62,463 nucleotides of DNA, filler included, from Catajapyx aquilonaris (GCA_000934665.2; 4 parts of 4 records of this genome joined end to end with filler, not necessarily neighbours in it); one strand, 5' to 3'; shown: positions 12,556-24,991, counted from the whole stretch's first letter. Program-made: numbers and translations. Notes: generated by a model from the sequence alone, not told the origin.

Positions 12556-14299
12556 CCCCAAATGTTCCAAACGCTATGGACAATAAGACAGACAGTCGGG
12601 CAATATAACAAAATTCAGTGTTACAAGTTCAGGTAATATGCTGATTTGTGACACGAGTACTAACTTAAATTCGGTGTGCTTACTCACATGGTCCAATATA
12701 GGCCCAAAATAAAACTCACCCGACAATCACGCTAACCAGACGCCAAGAGGCCGTTGCCAGAAAAACCGGTTGGAACCGCCAAACAGTTAAATGCGGGTAT
12801 AGTGTATTAATTACCACTATTAGTCGTTCAGTGTGATACGTAATGTAGGTTATAACTTTGCGGCTGAGGTTTTCTTCAAAGGTAGGCCATTAACATTTGG
12901 TATCATTGTGACTTTCTTCTTGCCTTTGCCCAGGATAGCCGGATCGGCTAATTTTGGCGACCTATGAGATTCGAAGGTGTGTTTCGATCGCTGTGTTTAT
13001 TGTTTTGATTTTTGCCTCTATGGTGATATGCTGGGGCTGCGTGAACCTGAGTATTACTTACTGAGTCGATCTCGGCGAATCAATAGAGGTTTTCGGTTGG
13101 CTAACTAAACCTGGAAAATTACTGATCCCGCTCGTGCCTTCATCGATCGTTATATGGGCTGAAAGGGACTTTTGACTTAGGTGGTATTTGTTATTATTTG
13201 TAATATTCATGTGTTCGTTTATTAGTAATGTCTTTCCAAAATAAACAACTCTCCTTTCTACATGTGGATTCCTTTTGAATACACTTCTCATGTGAAATAT
13301 TTGTCTGCAGTGTGTCGTTTAATGCATTCCACTCATGAGCTTGCAGGAGCGTCGCATATGAAAGCGTGAAAGGTGGCGTAAAATACGTACGTATTCCTGT
13401 CACCTGTCAGTATTCTTCTGGTGTGAATAACCTTGCAAAGTAATGTTTGTTCAAGTGTTCACTATCATGGCTTGGTGCCCGTCTTGAGATTTCAGGCGCG
13501 GAATTTTATTTCCGTCTTTAAGTGTAACCTTATTGTGTGCCTAATTATTACACTTCGGTCATTGTCTTTGTGCCTATGACTGTTAGGAATATTTTGGGCA
13601 CTTATTAGGTTGATTCTTTCAAGCTCTATCAGCATCAGTTGCCAATCAGTCGTTTCCTCGACTTCAGAGTTACCACCAGATCCATCAGCAAGATCGTTGC
13701 AATTAAGAGTCGTGGTGGGTTTTTATATTTTTTCTGTCACTCTTCCAGTCGCTAGCTCCTGCTTGGAACTTCCCTACCTGCTTGTGTTTGGGCTGACTAG
13801 CAAGTGAAACATGCCATCAACAGTTGCCTATTTTTTCTGGAAGACAAGATTTCCAGTAGATCTGTCGCTCCATATCTGGTTTAATGACGCCTTCGCCTCC
13901 TCAACTAATAAAGGAACTTCGCTTTGCACGAATATGCATGTTTCGGGATTTATTGCATAAGCATCCGGTGCAGGTTCGCTCATTCACCCTTCCTTTAGCA
14001 ATGGGTAGCAAGTCGTCGATTGGCTGCGCTTCTCTTGTAGATATCTCTATTTTTCACGTGATAATGTGACCATCGGCGGGCTATTTGATAGACTTGCTGC
14101 ACAGAAGTAGGTGGTCAGGAGGGCACAAGAAGACCAGAGGTTTCAAAACTTCTCTTAATAAATTAGATATGAGCAGGGTTTTTTTTTTTTTTGCATCTTT
14201 CCGTCATTTGTTATTTGAATTTTGTGGATGCCTATACAAAAAATAATATCGAGGTTGAGGTTAATTAGAACGTTGCTCTCTGCTGCCATGAAGGTTTCT

Positions 14300-14620
14300 T
14301 TGCTTACTCTGGCTTGTCCGTATTTCGCCCTTGGATGATAGGGTTCTTGATAAATTCAGCTCATAGTTGAACCCACACTGGTCTGTGTTCAAACAAAGTT
14401 CAGGGCGAAACTTGGAAGAAACTTCCCTGAACTCCTCCCAAGATTTTCGCTGCAGTGACCATCTCGGCTTCGTCTTTAACTAAACAGGGTGGTAACCTTT
14501 TGGCTTGCAATTTTGTTGCATCTCCTGCACTTTTTGGCCCCAATTCTACTGTATATATGGCTTTGAACGTGAAGCGACACAGCCGGTGACGTCACGTTCA
14601 AAGAGGCCCGTTTGGTATTG
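14300..14620 (-). mobile_element. pogo/Tc5-like DDE transposase remnant
   Basis: EEFREVSSKFRPELCLNTDQCGFNYELNLSRTLSSKGE matches the NxDQxGFxxE...RTLxxKG start of the Tc5/pogo-type DDE domain. Flanking sequence is frameshifted. Confidence 0.7.
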
Positions 14621-16878
14621 CATAATTTTGATATTGCATCATGTTGTGCTTATCTAATTGTGTTTAACATTTTATTTGGGTTTATAATTGGTCAAACCTT
14701 ACTGTTGTGGTCCTCTGGGTAGAGATGCAGATCCATATGCCCAGGTAATTTCCTTCCCTGGTAGCTTCCAGTCTGCGTTCCATGGAATTGAAACTTGACT
14801 TCCCTTCTGAAACATGTCTGATGGGGGACAGGCCAGTGCTGCAGTTAGTGGTTGGACTTCCCAGCAACAGAGGTTCCTGATTTCTGCTCTTACAAAATAG
14901 TGCATTTTGAATTCATGCAGTGTAGTTGTTTTATAATGCCAGGATAATCAATAATTATAATTATAATTTCAATTATCCACATCAGGCGAGATGGCTGGTA
15001 TCTCTGCATTGTTAAAACGCGGCCCTCTGTGTCCTCACTTCTCATGAACTGAATCGTTGTCAATTCCACTCTTTTATCTTTATCGTCTTATGAATGCCAA
15101 TTTCATGCTCATCGACCATATATTTTAGCTGCTGTGACTATACCAGATATTGAGTGATTGTGTGCTTCTGCAGTAACGATGTGTGAAACCACACCGAACA
15201 CCGTCTCACTGGGCATTAGAAGACGTTCCACCATGTCATTAGGATCACATTTTTGTTATTAGTTACTTCGAGTATACTTATTTGCTCTGAAGCCAGCTGC
15301 TTAGCCATGAGGGCAGTCGTCGAGTGTCGACCCTATATGACGGCTTGGGTTCGATTCGGAAGCGAACGGGTGGCGGACCACGATGAAAGGGACTTAGAGT
15401 GATGATATAGGCCTTACGTGGGGCCCGGGGTTTAAGGACCTACATGGTCTNNNNNNNNNNNNNNNNNNNNNNNNNNNNNNNNNNNNNNNNNNNNTTAATT
15501 AATTAANNNNNNNNNNNNNNNNNNNNNNNNNNNNNNNNNNNNNNNNNNNNACTTTAATAAAAATAATAATAAAAAACTGTGGTACAGTCATACCTTCTTA
15601 ATCTACGGGTAGCCTAACAGTTTTAAAAGTGTAGAGTGTACCATTCTCATTGAACTGTCCGTGTATGCACACACATGCGCAGGTGTTCACTTATTAGTCT
15701 TTGCCCGTGAATAAATAAGTACCTGGAAACAATTCAAAGTCGACCGTCCCTTTCCAAGTTATGTTATAGTCCTGGACCGTCCTGATGCCTGGACAGATGG
15801 CTGATTGTTGCGGCCTGCTGGAGGCAACAATGGTTGGTTGGTCGAGTCAGTATGGTTGGATTGTTCGGACACAAAGAGAGGCAGAATAAGAAGTGGAGAG
15901 GTCAGCAGCTCTCTGGCACGATGACTCGATGTCTTCTGACTGACACACTGCTATTGAATCACACGTCAAAGGTCGTGAACGTGAGTCTTTGAATCTCATG
16001 AGAAGGCCAGGAGAGAGGAAGTGTAGCGGGGGGCCTATGAATGAGCAGGAAACAATGAGAGGGGAAATCCCTCGCATATCCAACAACAGTTCAAGGGTTG
16101 CATTGTTCTGAGGAGGATTAATTGGGTTTAAACCGTGAAAGATTGTGCCATGGTTTGGACCACCAACAAGGGAAAAAGTAATCAGTATATTATCAAAATG
16201 CGCTCACTTAAAAATAAAATAGGGACATACGTATGTTCATGGTGACGTTGCTTGACTCAAGACAGCCATTTTTTGTCCAAGCGAAGGCGCGTAATGTAAC
16301 CGAATTTTTAAAATATTGGGTTCACTCTTTAAAAAGTGTGCTTGCATTGATGCAAAGTTTTCGGTCTATTTCTTAGTTCCTTGGAGCATGTGAAAAAATA
16401 TTAAAAATTCATTTCATAATCTACTGGAGTTTATTAGGAGTGACTTATTTTCTTTTGAGTAACAAAATGTCCAATTATTGTCTGGAATGATATCAAAGAT
16501 GCCCCTGAGAAGGCTGCAGTAGAATTAATATTATACTGTACCACAAATAATGCAGTAAAACATCCAGATGTGACATCCCATGCGACGGTCCCACAAACCC
16601 ATACTGTATGTATGTCAGAAAAAAATGGATTGGGTTTATCAAATAATTCGCGCAAATATTGACAAAAAAAGAGAGTGCGTTTTATATTACCCAAATCAGC
16701 AGTTGATCGGATTTTGCGAGGAAAACATACTAGTTGACGAAGGAAGTTTATTATTTAAAACATAAGATAGCCAATTCTAGTCCACAGTACGTAATGCTAA
16801 CTGAAGGGTACAAACAGAATCAAAACGTCATCTGGGACCTTTTCCTTAGCCTTGTTTGATAGGCTGTGTAATGAGTGA

Positions 16879-17718
16879 TTAGGCAGCCCCAGGTGTGCTT
16901 GTTGCTTCCTCCTGAGGGGACAGCATCTCCCAGGAGATCTCCGAGGGTTGGTCCTGGACAAGCTTATCCACAAAGGTCAAGACCAGGTCAGGGGTCAAGT
17001 CTGACCAGTACATGTTGAGCTGATCAGTCACCGCCGTACGAAAGGTGTGGTCTATCTTCCCTTCCTCCTGCATCCTCTTCAATGTCTGGCTCAGGTTCTC
17101 CAGGGCCCATTTCAGGATTTCATTGGTGGACATAATGCTCCACCTTACCTGAAAGGTTAGATGTCATGCTCTGGGAGGTATACAGGGTGCTTCTTCCAAG
17201 GTGTCTTCTTACCATCTCCATTTCCATGGCTGTCCACTCCTTCTGCTCTGGAGTCTGGTAGTTGGACATGGCCTCCAGCTTCCTGTCTAATGTCCGCTGC
17301 ATCCTGGACTGGAGCTTCAGTTCGCGAAGAGTCATGGCCAAATGTACAACCAAGGCCTGGTGACTCTCGCCATCAGGAACACTAACGGCCACTTCTGCCA
17401 TCTCAACCTGGAGAGAGATGTTGTACAAGGTGAGTCAGAAATCCAGCCAGTCTCCAGCGCGTCTCGACTGCGTTTAATTAAAAATCATCACCTGAGATAA
17501 GAGAAGGCTACATATCCTACCTGAATCTGCAAGTGCTGGGATGGCAGGTATAGAAATGCAGAGTCCTTCAACAGCGTCTGGACCACACATCGACTGAAGA
17601 GAGAGTGACTAATAGTGTCATGTGGGGCTGGGAACACAGGATCAGGTTGCTGCGAGATGTAGACGGTTGGTATGGGAAACAACGCAGGCAAAAAATTAAT
17701 TCTCCTGCTCCGTTCCAT
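16879..17718 (-). CDS. Orphan 3-exon gene, predicted helical protein (152 aa from ATG 17401, or ~220 aa from ATG 17718)
   Basis: Exons 17718-17521, 17407-17213 and 17148-16879 are joined by GT-AG phase-0 introns with no stops: ...LQIQ|VEMAEVAVSVPDG...AMEMEM|VRWSIMSTNEILKWALENL...PGAA*. The first exon may be UTR. Confidence 0.65.
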
Positions 17719-18007
17719 GAAGGCCGTCCTTATCTCTCCGAGGCGTCCTTATCTCTCAGAGGCGCAATGTCCAAGAGTAATAAAAGGGTAAGAATTTGCT
17801 GACATTAGTGGTATTCTCCCCTATATGCATAAGTGTGTGAACTGTAAGGATATGTACTGTACATATAATAAAAGGAAAGGTTCGTCGGTATGTCCCATCG
17901 CCCCATGGTCCCTTACCATGGCAACGGAGTTTTCATGGCACACATAAAATATTACTACCATTTTATTTTAATGCTAACAAATGTGGCCCCTGATTGCGAT
18001 TTCAGGA

Positions 18008-19774
18008 TTACATTTTCTTCACAATTTCGACAGCAAGTCCCATCAAAGACATGCCCATTCCTCCGACAAGAATGAGGAAGGCTCCTTTCAGGTTCAACAA
18101 TGTGAGCTTGGTGCGTCCTTCCTTCTGAACCTCCTGAGGGTCATCACTCCATCTGGTGTCCCTGGCCAAGTTCCAAGCCTGGAGGAATCTGGACAGGCGA
18201 CTCATCCTCTGGTCCATCCCGATGGAGTGGTAGAGCTGGATGTTCCTCTCGAAGGCCTCCGAGTGGGCGCTGTTTTTGGGGAAGGCCAAAGAGTACTGGA
18301 GGTTCAGGTAGCCCTCTTTGGCCAACATAACCTTCAGACGACCATTCTGATCGTAGCACTCGCGTTCCATCAGGGAAATTCTGAGCCGCAGACCTTCGGT
18401 GGAAATGAAGGTGTTGTCACCACTCACTACCAACCTGCAGATGTCTGTCGGACTGGGCAATGGCCTGTACTTGGCGATTATTTGGATCAATACTTCCGGA
18501 ATGATTTTTGTGTCCCAGTAAATTGACATGGTTTTAATGTCAGTGTCTTCCATGTATATGTTGAAATGAGAGTTGTTGACCAATTCTTCCAGAGTTCCAG
18601 GCAGCCTCTCTTTATCCGGATGAACAAGAATAGACAGCAGGTTGGTTTTATAGCCTACGCCTATTATCCAGGCGAATATGGTCCAGAACAAGATTGTCAA
18701 TCTGAGAGTGGACTGTGCTGGAGTTGGAGGATACTGCTCCAGGAATATCCGGGCCATTCGACCGATCCCTTCCAAGCAGTTGTGCCGTCTAATCCCGGAT
18801 ATCAACCGGCTGTAAATGCCTTCAAAGGCTGTTAAAATAATACCGACTGTAATAACTGCAGTTAGAATGAGCACCCAAACTATCTGTTGGTAAGGAGAGA
18901 TGAAGACATAAGGGCTCACTTCATCTCTCGGCAGACGAGTCACGAATGTCAATTTTCTCATGTTGTAACTGTCTACAAAATCTAATCTGGAAAAGAGGCG
19001 GTATGACCTCATCATAATCCAGAAAAACGACGTGTCTCCAGGAATGACCTTTATGACCGCATTTATGACCTCACTGAGGTTGCTGTAGTCGACACCCTCA
19101 ATGTCCCATGTGAAATTAAGGGCTTGCTGGAGAAAGCAGATCTTGTGAAAGGCGAAGGTCCAGCTGCTGCAGTTGGATGGAGATGATTTGTAATAGTACA
19201 CGCCTTGCAAGAACTTCCCGTGCAAATCGTCGGCCGTGTCTGCAAACAAGGCTGCAGCAGGCAAATCAGGACCAATCGTTTCAACCACCGGTCACAAAAG
19301 TAGCACACTCTAGTGACCAGCATGTCGGGGTCGAAGTGCACCGCGATCTTGTACTTGACCTTTTGCAAGTGCGTCTCCAGCAAATGGTCACTGTCCCTCG
19401 CCCACACTACGAACCGATCTCTTGTTGGACGGATCTGGACTGACCTGTTGACCCGATCGAGTCCAGGTTGCGGTCAAAGGTCGTGAAGAAGTGGACGGGG
19501 CAGGTGCCGGCTGACCATTTTGGACTGGTGATTCCAACAATGGTCTGGTTGATGCCGAAGATGAGGCGGGCCTTCCGATCGAGGCCTGATCGGACATCAA
19601 TTGTTGCAGTGTTTTAGGCAATTCTTGTGCATAGTCGTGACCGACGACCAATGAGCAGGACGCATCGATGTCGTCCAAAACGTGAGCCAGAAATTGCGTC
19701 ACTAATTGAACCTTGGGTAAGTCACCCATCCCCGAACCGAGGAGCACCATCACAGTCACCAATCCGGTCTCCAT
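18008..19774 (-). pseudogene. Divergent ionotropic receptor (IR), intronless, frameshifted in the N-terminal region
   Basis: Homologous to the IR at 20658. Signal peptide METGLVTVMVLLGSGMG, TM1 (IVWVLILTAVITVGIIL), pore FLEQ, TM2 (FWTIFAWIIGVGYKTNLLSIL), TM3 (LKGAFLILVGGMGMSL). Three frame changes (~19570, ~19420, ~19290) are needed to follow the paralog. The last 426 codons are open. Confidence 0.85.
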
Positions 19775-20657
19775 AATGTCTGCCTTTCGTCCGATGCTTT
19801 TCCCTCATCCAGCAATCAGGCTGATCGTATACGACATATGGGACATCCATTAAATCGCTTAGAACTGCATGAAAGAGACCTTCGAGAAAATGTCAACAAT
19901 ATTGACGGCACTTACGGTTATATTGGAGCGCCCGCTTCCAAAGAGTCAACATGGGAGTCGGCATTGTCAGGTTCATTGATTTTCATTATTTTGTCAAACT
20001 GTTATGTCATATAGCGTAGGCGATAGCATAATCCACTCTGCCCTTTTCCCGCCGATCAGAGTGCTTTATCACGACAATGACAGATGACAGCAGGTTCAAT
20101 CAACAACTGTCCGACTTGTATGGAAACATAATTGAAGAAAATGTCACAGCAGAGCAAATGGCAGACACTGGAAGTAATATTGGAGTGCCCACTCCGAAAT
20201 AATGAGGCGATCAAAGCATGAGGATCGATATTTGAAGGGTTTTATTGTTGAAACGTCATGCATTGTGTTTGCCAAAATCTTCATTAAAGCCCTCTCCTAA
20301 AATTCACAATGCAATGGCCGAATTCCGAATCGAATGTGCTGCAATATTATTTTCCGTAATAGTCGGCAAGCTTTGGCACAATTAATTACTTAGAAATTAC
20401 TTAGGAACGGGTCATTTTAATTAATGACCGTACAAATATCAGCAAATTAATTAGTATAACAGAAAATTTTCAACTGGCAAAAAATATGATCGATATGGTC
20501 AAAAGAATTATTTCACGTGCCACTTTCCTCATTAATAGGCCCATTTGCTGACCATATATACTCGTTTCTGATGTCGCGTGTGTCACGCTCACCTGCCAGT
20601 CACTAAATAACACCTCTGCATGGGAATCTAGGGTAGTAGTGGGCCAACTGTGGAGCC

Positions 20658-22445
20658 ATGGAGGCTTGGACTGCTGTGTTCACCGCACTGGTGACAGCCA
20701 GTGACACGGATCCGGCAGTGCAGATGGTGACACAGTTCTTGTCCGAAGTGTTGGACACCGTGGACTCCACCTGTCCTCTTGGAGTGGGTCACGACCTGTC
20801 AGAGGGGCTGCCTGGGTCACTGCAGAGATTGCTGGATGATCAGGCCACTGCAGGAAGACCACTGATTGTGTCTGGAATCGACAGAAATACCCGACTCATC
20901 AACTGCACCGCTGCCACTCTCAGTGTCACCATCATTGGTGTCAAACCGCCCCGTCATTACAGGAGGCCTTCATGCACCATCCTCTTTGTCACTGCCTGCA
21001 CCAACAATCTGCAGGAAACAATACGACAGTACAGGGCATTGTCAATGTTTGGCGACACCACAGACCGGCTGGTCCTCTGGGTACGAGACGATGTGTCTGC
21101 AGGCCGCTTCCTGCTGACCACCCCCCTCATGTCAAAGGTCAAGTTCAAGATATCCCTTCGAGTGGTGGACTCCAACTTGATCGCCAGCACCGCCTGCTTC
21201 TTCTGCAACGATGGCAAACCCACAGTCACCGAACTTGTCGGTTCACCGTTTCCAGACATGGCAGACAATCTGCATGGAAAGTTCCTGGAAACTGGAGACT
21301 TCTATTCTGCCAACTCATCCCAGTGCAGTGATTGGCTCGACGTGTACGTGCAACACATATGCTTCGTGCAGGATTCGCTCAATTTCACCTGGAGGGCTGT
21401 CAGTGTCTTCGACCCGAAGGGAATGCGTCGGTTGCACAAAAGGTACCACGACGGTTCCATGTTTATGTCGTCCATGATGAAGGAGTTAGGAAATTTCCGC
21501 CATTTTGATTTCATCGACAGCCATCACTATGGACGAATCACTTTCCTGCTGCGTAAACCTGGCTACTTGACAAGATTCTTCGTCTATGCTCATCTTTATC
21601 ACTACTTGGTCTGGGCAACGATTTTCGCCTCGTTGTTCGTGTTTGCCATGGTTCTTTTTGCAATTGACACCACACATCGTGACGGTGTCGCATCTCATTT
21701 GGCTCGAATGGGCATGATGCTGATCGATCAGTTTCCGACTGCTCCGGTCACTTCATCGTCCAGATTGGCCTTCGTGGTGTGGGCCATGTTCGCATTGATC
21801 ATTGGAGTGGGCTTCAGGACCAATCTCTTGTCACTCATGCTCTATCCAGGGAAGGAGGAGCTGCCTGGGAACATAACAGAACTGGTGGACTCAAATTTCC
21901 AACTTTACTGCATCAATCAGAGCCTCATGATGATTCGGATATTCCTGTCCAAAGTCCGTGACAAGAAAGAAGACACGAAAAATGTTTCTGTCACAAACAC
22001 GTACAAGGAATGTGCGATGAAAGCTCTGATGGAGAGGGACAACGCCTGCTTCAGCTCCGAATATTCCCTCATATACGAGCTAGACTCTACCTTCTACGAC
22101 GACAAGGGTGAGATAATGGTCCAGATTTCCGACAGCAGCCTCGTCACCTATTCAAAGTCAATGGCCTTTCCAAAGGGAAGCGTCCACACAGACAATTTCG
22201 CCAGGAGAATTCGAGTCTACAACGCCATGGGAGTGGACCAGAAGATAGAGAGCAGAAAGAAATTCTACAATTCATGGAAGGCAGCCAGAGAAAACGCTTG
22301 GTTTGCACTCAAGTACCCCACAGAAGGGAAGGTGAAGCTTTCTCTGAAGAACGTGGTCGGTGCCTTCATCATCCTCGGAGGAGGTGTTGCCCTCTCTCTG
22401 ATTACATTCATTGTTGAAACTGTACGAAAAGTGCAGAGAGGTTAA
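20658..22445 (+). CDS. Divergent ionotropic receptor (variant iGluR chemoreceptor), intronless, 595 aa
   Basis: N-terminal signal-like segment, TM1 YLVWATIFASLFVFAMVLFAI, pore LIDQ, TM2 with SYTANL-equivalent GFRTNLLSLMLYP, S2 lobe, and the typical IR ending LSLKNVVGAFIILGGGVALSLITFIVE. Confidence 0.92.
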   Translation: MEAWTAVFTALVTASDTDPAVQMVTQFLSEVLDTVDSTCPLGVGHDLSEGLPGSLQRLLDDQATAGRPLIVSGIDRNTRLINCTAATLSVTIIGVKPPRHYRRPSCTILFVTACTNNLQETIRQYRALSMFGDTTDRLVLWVRDDVSAGRFLLTTPLMSKVKFKISLRVVDSNLIASTACFFCNDGKPTVTELVGSPFPDMADNLHGKFLETGDFYSANSSQCSDWLDVYVQHICFVQDSLNFTWRAVSVFDPKGMRRLHKRYHDGSMFMSSMMKELGNFRHFDFIDSHHYGRITFLLRKPGYLTRFFVYAHLYHYLVWATIFASLFVFAMVLFAIDTTHRDGVASHLARMGMMLIDQFPTAPVTSSSRLAFVVWAMFALIIGVGFRTNLLSLMLYPGKEELPGNITELVDSNFQLYCINQSLMMIRIFLSKVRDKKEDTKNVSVTNTYKECAMKALMERDNACFSSEYSLIYELDSTFYDDKGEIMVQISDSSLVTYSKSMAFPKGSVHTDNFARRIRVYNAMGVDQKIESRKKFYNSWKAARENAWFALKYPTEGKVKLSLKNVVGAFIILGGGVALSLITFIVETVRKVQRG

Positions 22446-22511
22446 ATTTGAACAAAAAAAAATATCAACTTTTATGATTAATTGTTGTTTTCACCTGCTC
22501 CTTACACAGTT

Positions 22512-22684
22512 ATCCCGGAAAAAATATCACTTTTGTCCGGGTTAAATAACCATTTCTTTTTAACACGGACATTTCTTAGAGTGTAAATAACAATGACTAA
22601 GAAATGTCCGGGTTAAATGACCATGACAAAAGTGATCTTCTTTCCGGGATAAATACATTTAACCCGGACATTTCTTAGAGTGTA
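22512..22684. repeat. MITE-like foldback remnant
   Basis: Inverted and direct copies of TGTCCGGGTTAAAT / ATTTAACCCGGACA, and two copies of the terminus GGACATTTCTTAGAGTGTA. Confidence 0.6.
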
Positions 22685-23176
22685 GCAGCATCGACCGTAT
22701 TTGGATTATTATGAGCACCAAGGCCAAGGGCAGGGCGTCGTCCTGTTAATGTGTCACGCAAAGGCCATATTTGCACAACCTCCCAAATTATGTAACATTC
22801 AATCACACCACTCCCACTGCCAATAATCGACATCTGTGTCACAACATATCGTGTGAAGCATATTCGACATATGTGAGTGATGTCTGCAAGATTGGGAGAT
22901 ATGAATCGTGCAACTGGTGCTGCTGCCCCCGTGTCTAAACATCTGAAGCCAATAAATTCTACATGAATATAGGCACCATTTGGAATAGATCCAACACAAT
23001 GTGATCGGATCGGAAATCCAGGCAGGTAACAATAAGTTTCCAGGATCATGTCAAAAAAAAATTGTCAGCTCGTCACCACAGAAACTACATTTTTTTCGGT
23101 AAACAAAAAAATCTGGTCCTATAGCCGTTTCGGAACACCGTTGCGTTCTAAGCAGCCTCAAAAAAATCACATAAAA

Positions 23177-23496
23177 ATGTCAATTTCGAACCAAGGTAAA
23201 TTATTAGAGAGTGAAGTAGTGACATGCCCGATTCACAGATGGTTGGAGGAATCAGGGAGGGTGGACCACTGCCCCAAAATCATCCTCAGGCAGTTCTCGG
23301 ACGCGGGTAAGGACAACAATGAAAATAATGAGTACTATGTAATATTGCTTGTCACAATTTTTCCTTTTGGTCAGTCTTGGTCTCTTGGCTGATCCACAGC
23401 ATCTTCCCGAGATTCGTGGACCTAAACAACTATTATCACAGGAGCAACGTCGAAGGGAAGATGACCAACTGGAGGTATCTCAACACACAGGTGGGG

Positions 23497-23532
<36 letters not shown>

Positions 23533-24259
23533 ATTGGTAACAATGTAATCAGCAGTTGTGTTAACAATGTGGGCAGGTTTTGAGACGGTTCAACTGTCGC
23601 ATCACCGAGAAACTGATCACTAGATTGGTCCAAGCAATGCCAGATGCCATACTGGAGTTTCTCAAAAGGTTAAGAGTCAAGGTCGAGATCTACAATGGTG
23701 ACTTTCCGTTGCTCAGAATGTTCAACGAGGAATACCTTCTGGAATCAATGAATATTCCACGTAAGTGACTTCAATTATTTCCTAGTCATCATAAGTATAT
23801 ATACCTGACCATTGTTCTCTTGAAATAACAGCAACAACTGTAGTGTTCGTTGACGAAAAAGGTATTGACCAAGCAATGAGCGCAATCTGGAACGATTTGG
23901 GCGACGAAGAAAAGCGGACCATGGCAGAATTGAACATGAGCCGACAGTTGATCGAGCTGGAGGACAGGATCAATGGGATCACACAAAAGGTGAGTCCACT
24001 TGCGCACATATAAGCAAAAATAATGTAGCACATGCTGGAAAAATGATCATGAACTTTCGTTCAGGTGTCCAACAAACTTAACTCCGGGATAGCCAACGTG
24101 GACAAGACCACGTTGAAGATGGACATGGAGAAGACCAAGACCGTCGTGAAGCCTCGACCTCTCCTCCAGTACTGCGAGGGTCGAGGGTTCATCCCCAAGA
24201 AGATCCGATCACTCCAATCAACTGTTAATAATCTTCTCAACCGCAGACCCAGCTTTTAG
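23177..24259 (+). CDS. SPEF1: Sperm flagellar protein 1 (SPEF1/CLAMP)-like CH-domain protein, 5 exons
   Basis: Exons 23177-23306, 23375-23490, 23577-23760, 23832-23989, 24065-24259, all GT-AG and in phase. RQFSDAVLVSWLIHSIFPRFVDLNNYYHRSNVEGKMTNWRYLNTQVLRRF matches the SPEF1 CH motif (RDFSDGVLVAE...FPKMVEMHNY...KLSNW.HLN.KVL). AATAAA at ~24339. Confidence 0.85.
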
Positions 24260-24396
24260 AAAGACACAACAAACAATATTTTTGGCACCTCCAACAATCA
24301 ACAAATATAGAAGAGGCACGACTTATGCTTAGAACGCAAATAAATTATATAGTGTTGAGATTATATTGGCCCCCAAGAGTGATTTCCCTTCACTTT

Positions 24397-24939
24397 TTAT
24401 TTCACCTTGGCAATTATTGTTGGAAGGTTGCGTCGGTTGAGCTGCTGCCGATGTCCACTTGAGCACACTGTGCTACTGTTGTCCACGTGATGGGCGAAGA
24501 TGTCTTTTTTCCCCTGGTGCTGCATGGAGTGGTGGATATGCACCCTCCACTTCTTCCTCTGACCCTTTTCTACCTCTTGGAACACTATCTCTTTACCTAT
24601 CTTGGTGGTCGTCTCACATATCTCCCAATCAACTTGCATTATCTTGGTCCTCTTGCTCGTTAGCTATACCCAACAAGAAACGATTCAATTCACATGAACT
24701 GTCCACATGGATTTTATGCTCTCTCACCTGCATTCTCAAGGCGTTGATAGTTGCGTCGAGCTCCTTATGCCGTCGTTTCATTTCCAGGCCTTCCGGAGTG
24801 TAGTCTTCGTCGTCGTCCTCTTGCTCTCCTTCTGAATCGCTATCGTAGTACAAATTCACAGAACCTTTGTCCGAATCTTCCAAAGACAACTTCCTCTGCG
24901 CTGAAGGTTTAGTGAAGCCAATAGTATACACGCCTTTGA

Positions 24940-24991
<52 letters not shown>

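Noticed and set aside
1..14100. Calling the cassette a Maverick/Polinton or a specific virus
   Set aside because: No polymerase, integrase, ATPase, protease or capsid motif and no terminal repeat could be recognised. Kept only as a hypothesis.
15451..15550. TTAATTAATTAA palindrome embedded in Ns (also 31349-31448 and 46923-47022)
   Set aside because: The identical N44-12mer-N44 layout with stops in all six frames is a scaffolding spacer, not biology. Adjacency across it is uncertain.
17981..21961. Numerous antisense and alternate-frame ORFs over the IRs (and the GPCRs)
   Set aside because: Expected shadows of GC3-rich coding sequence, with no independent motifs.
22512..22684. Short spaced repeats resembling a CRISPR array
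   Set aside because: Mixed orientations, irregular spacing and eukaryotic context indicate a MITE remnant.
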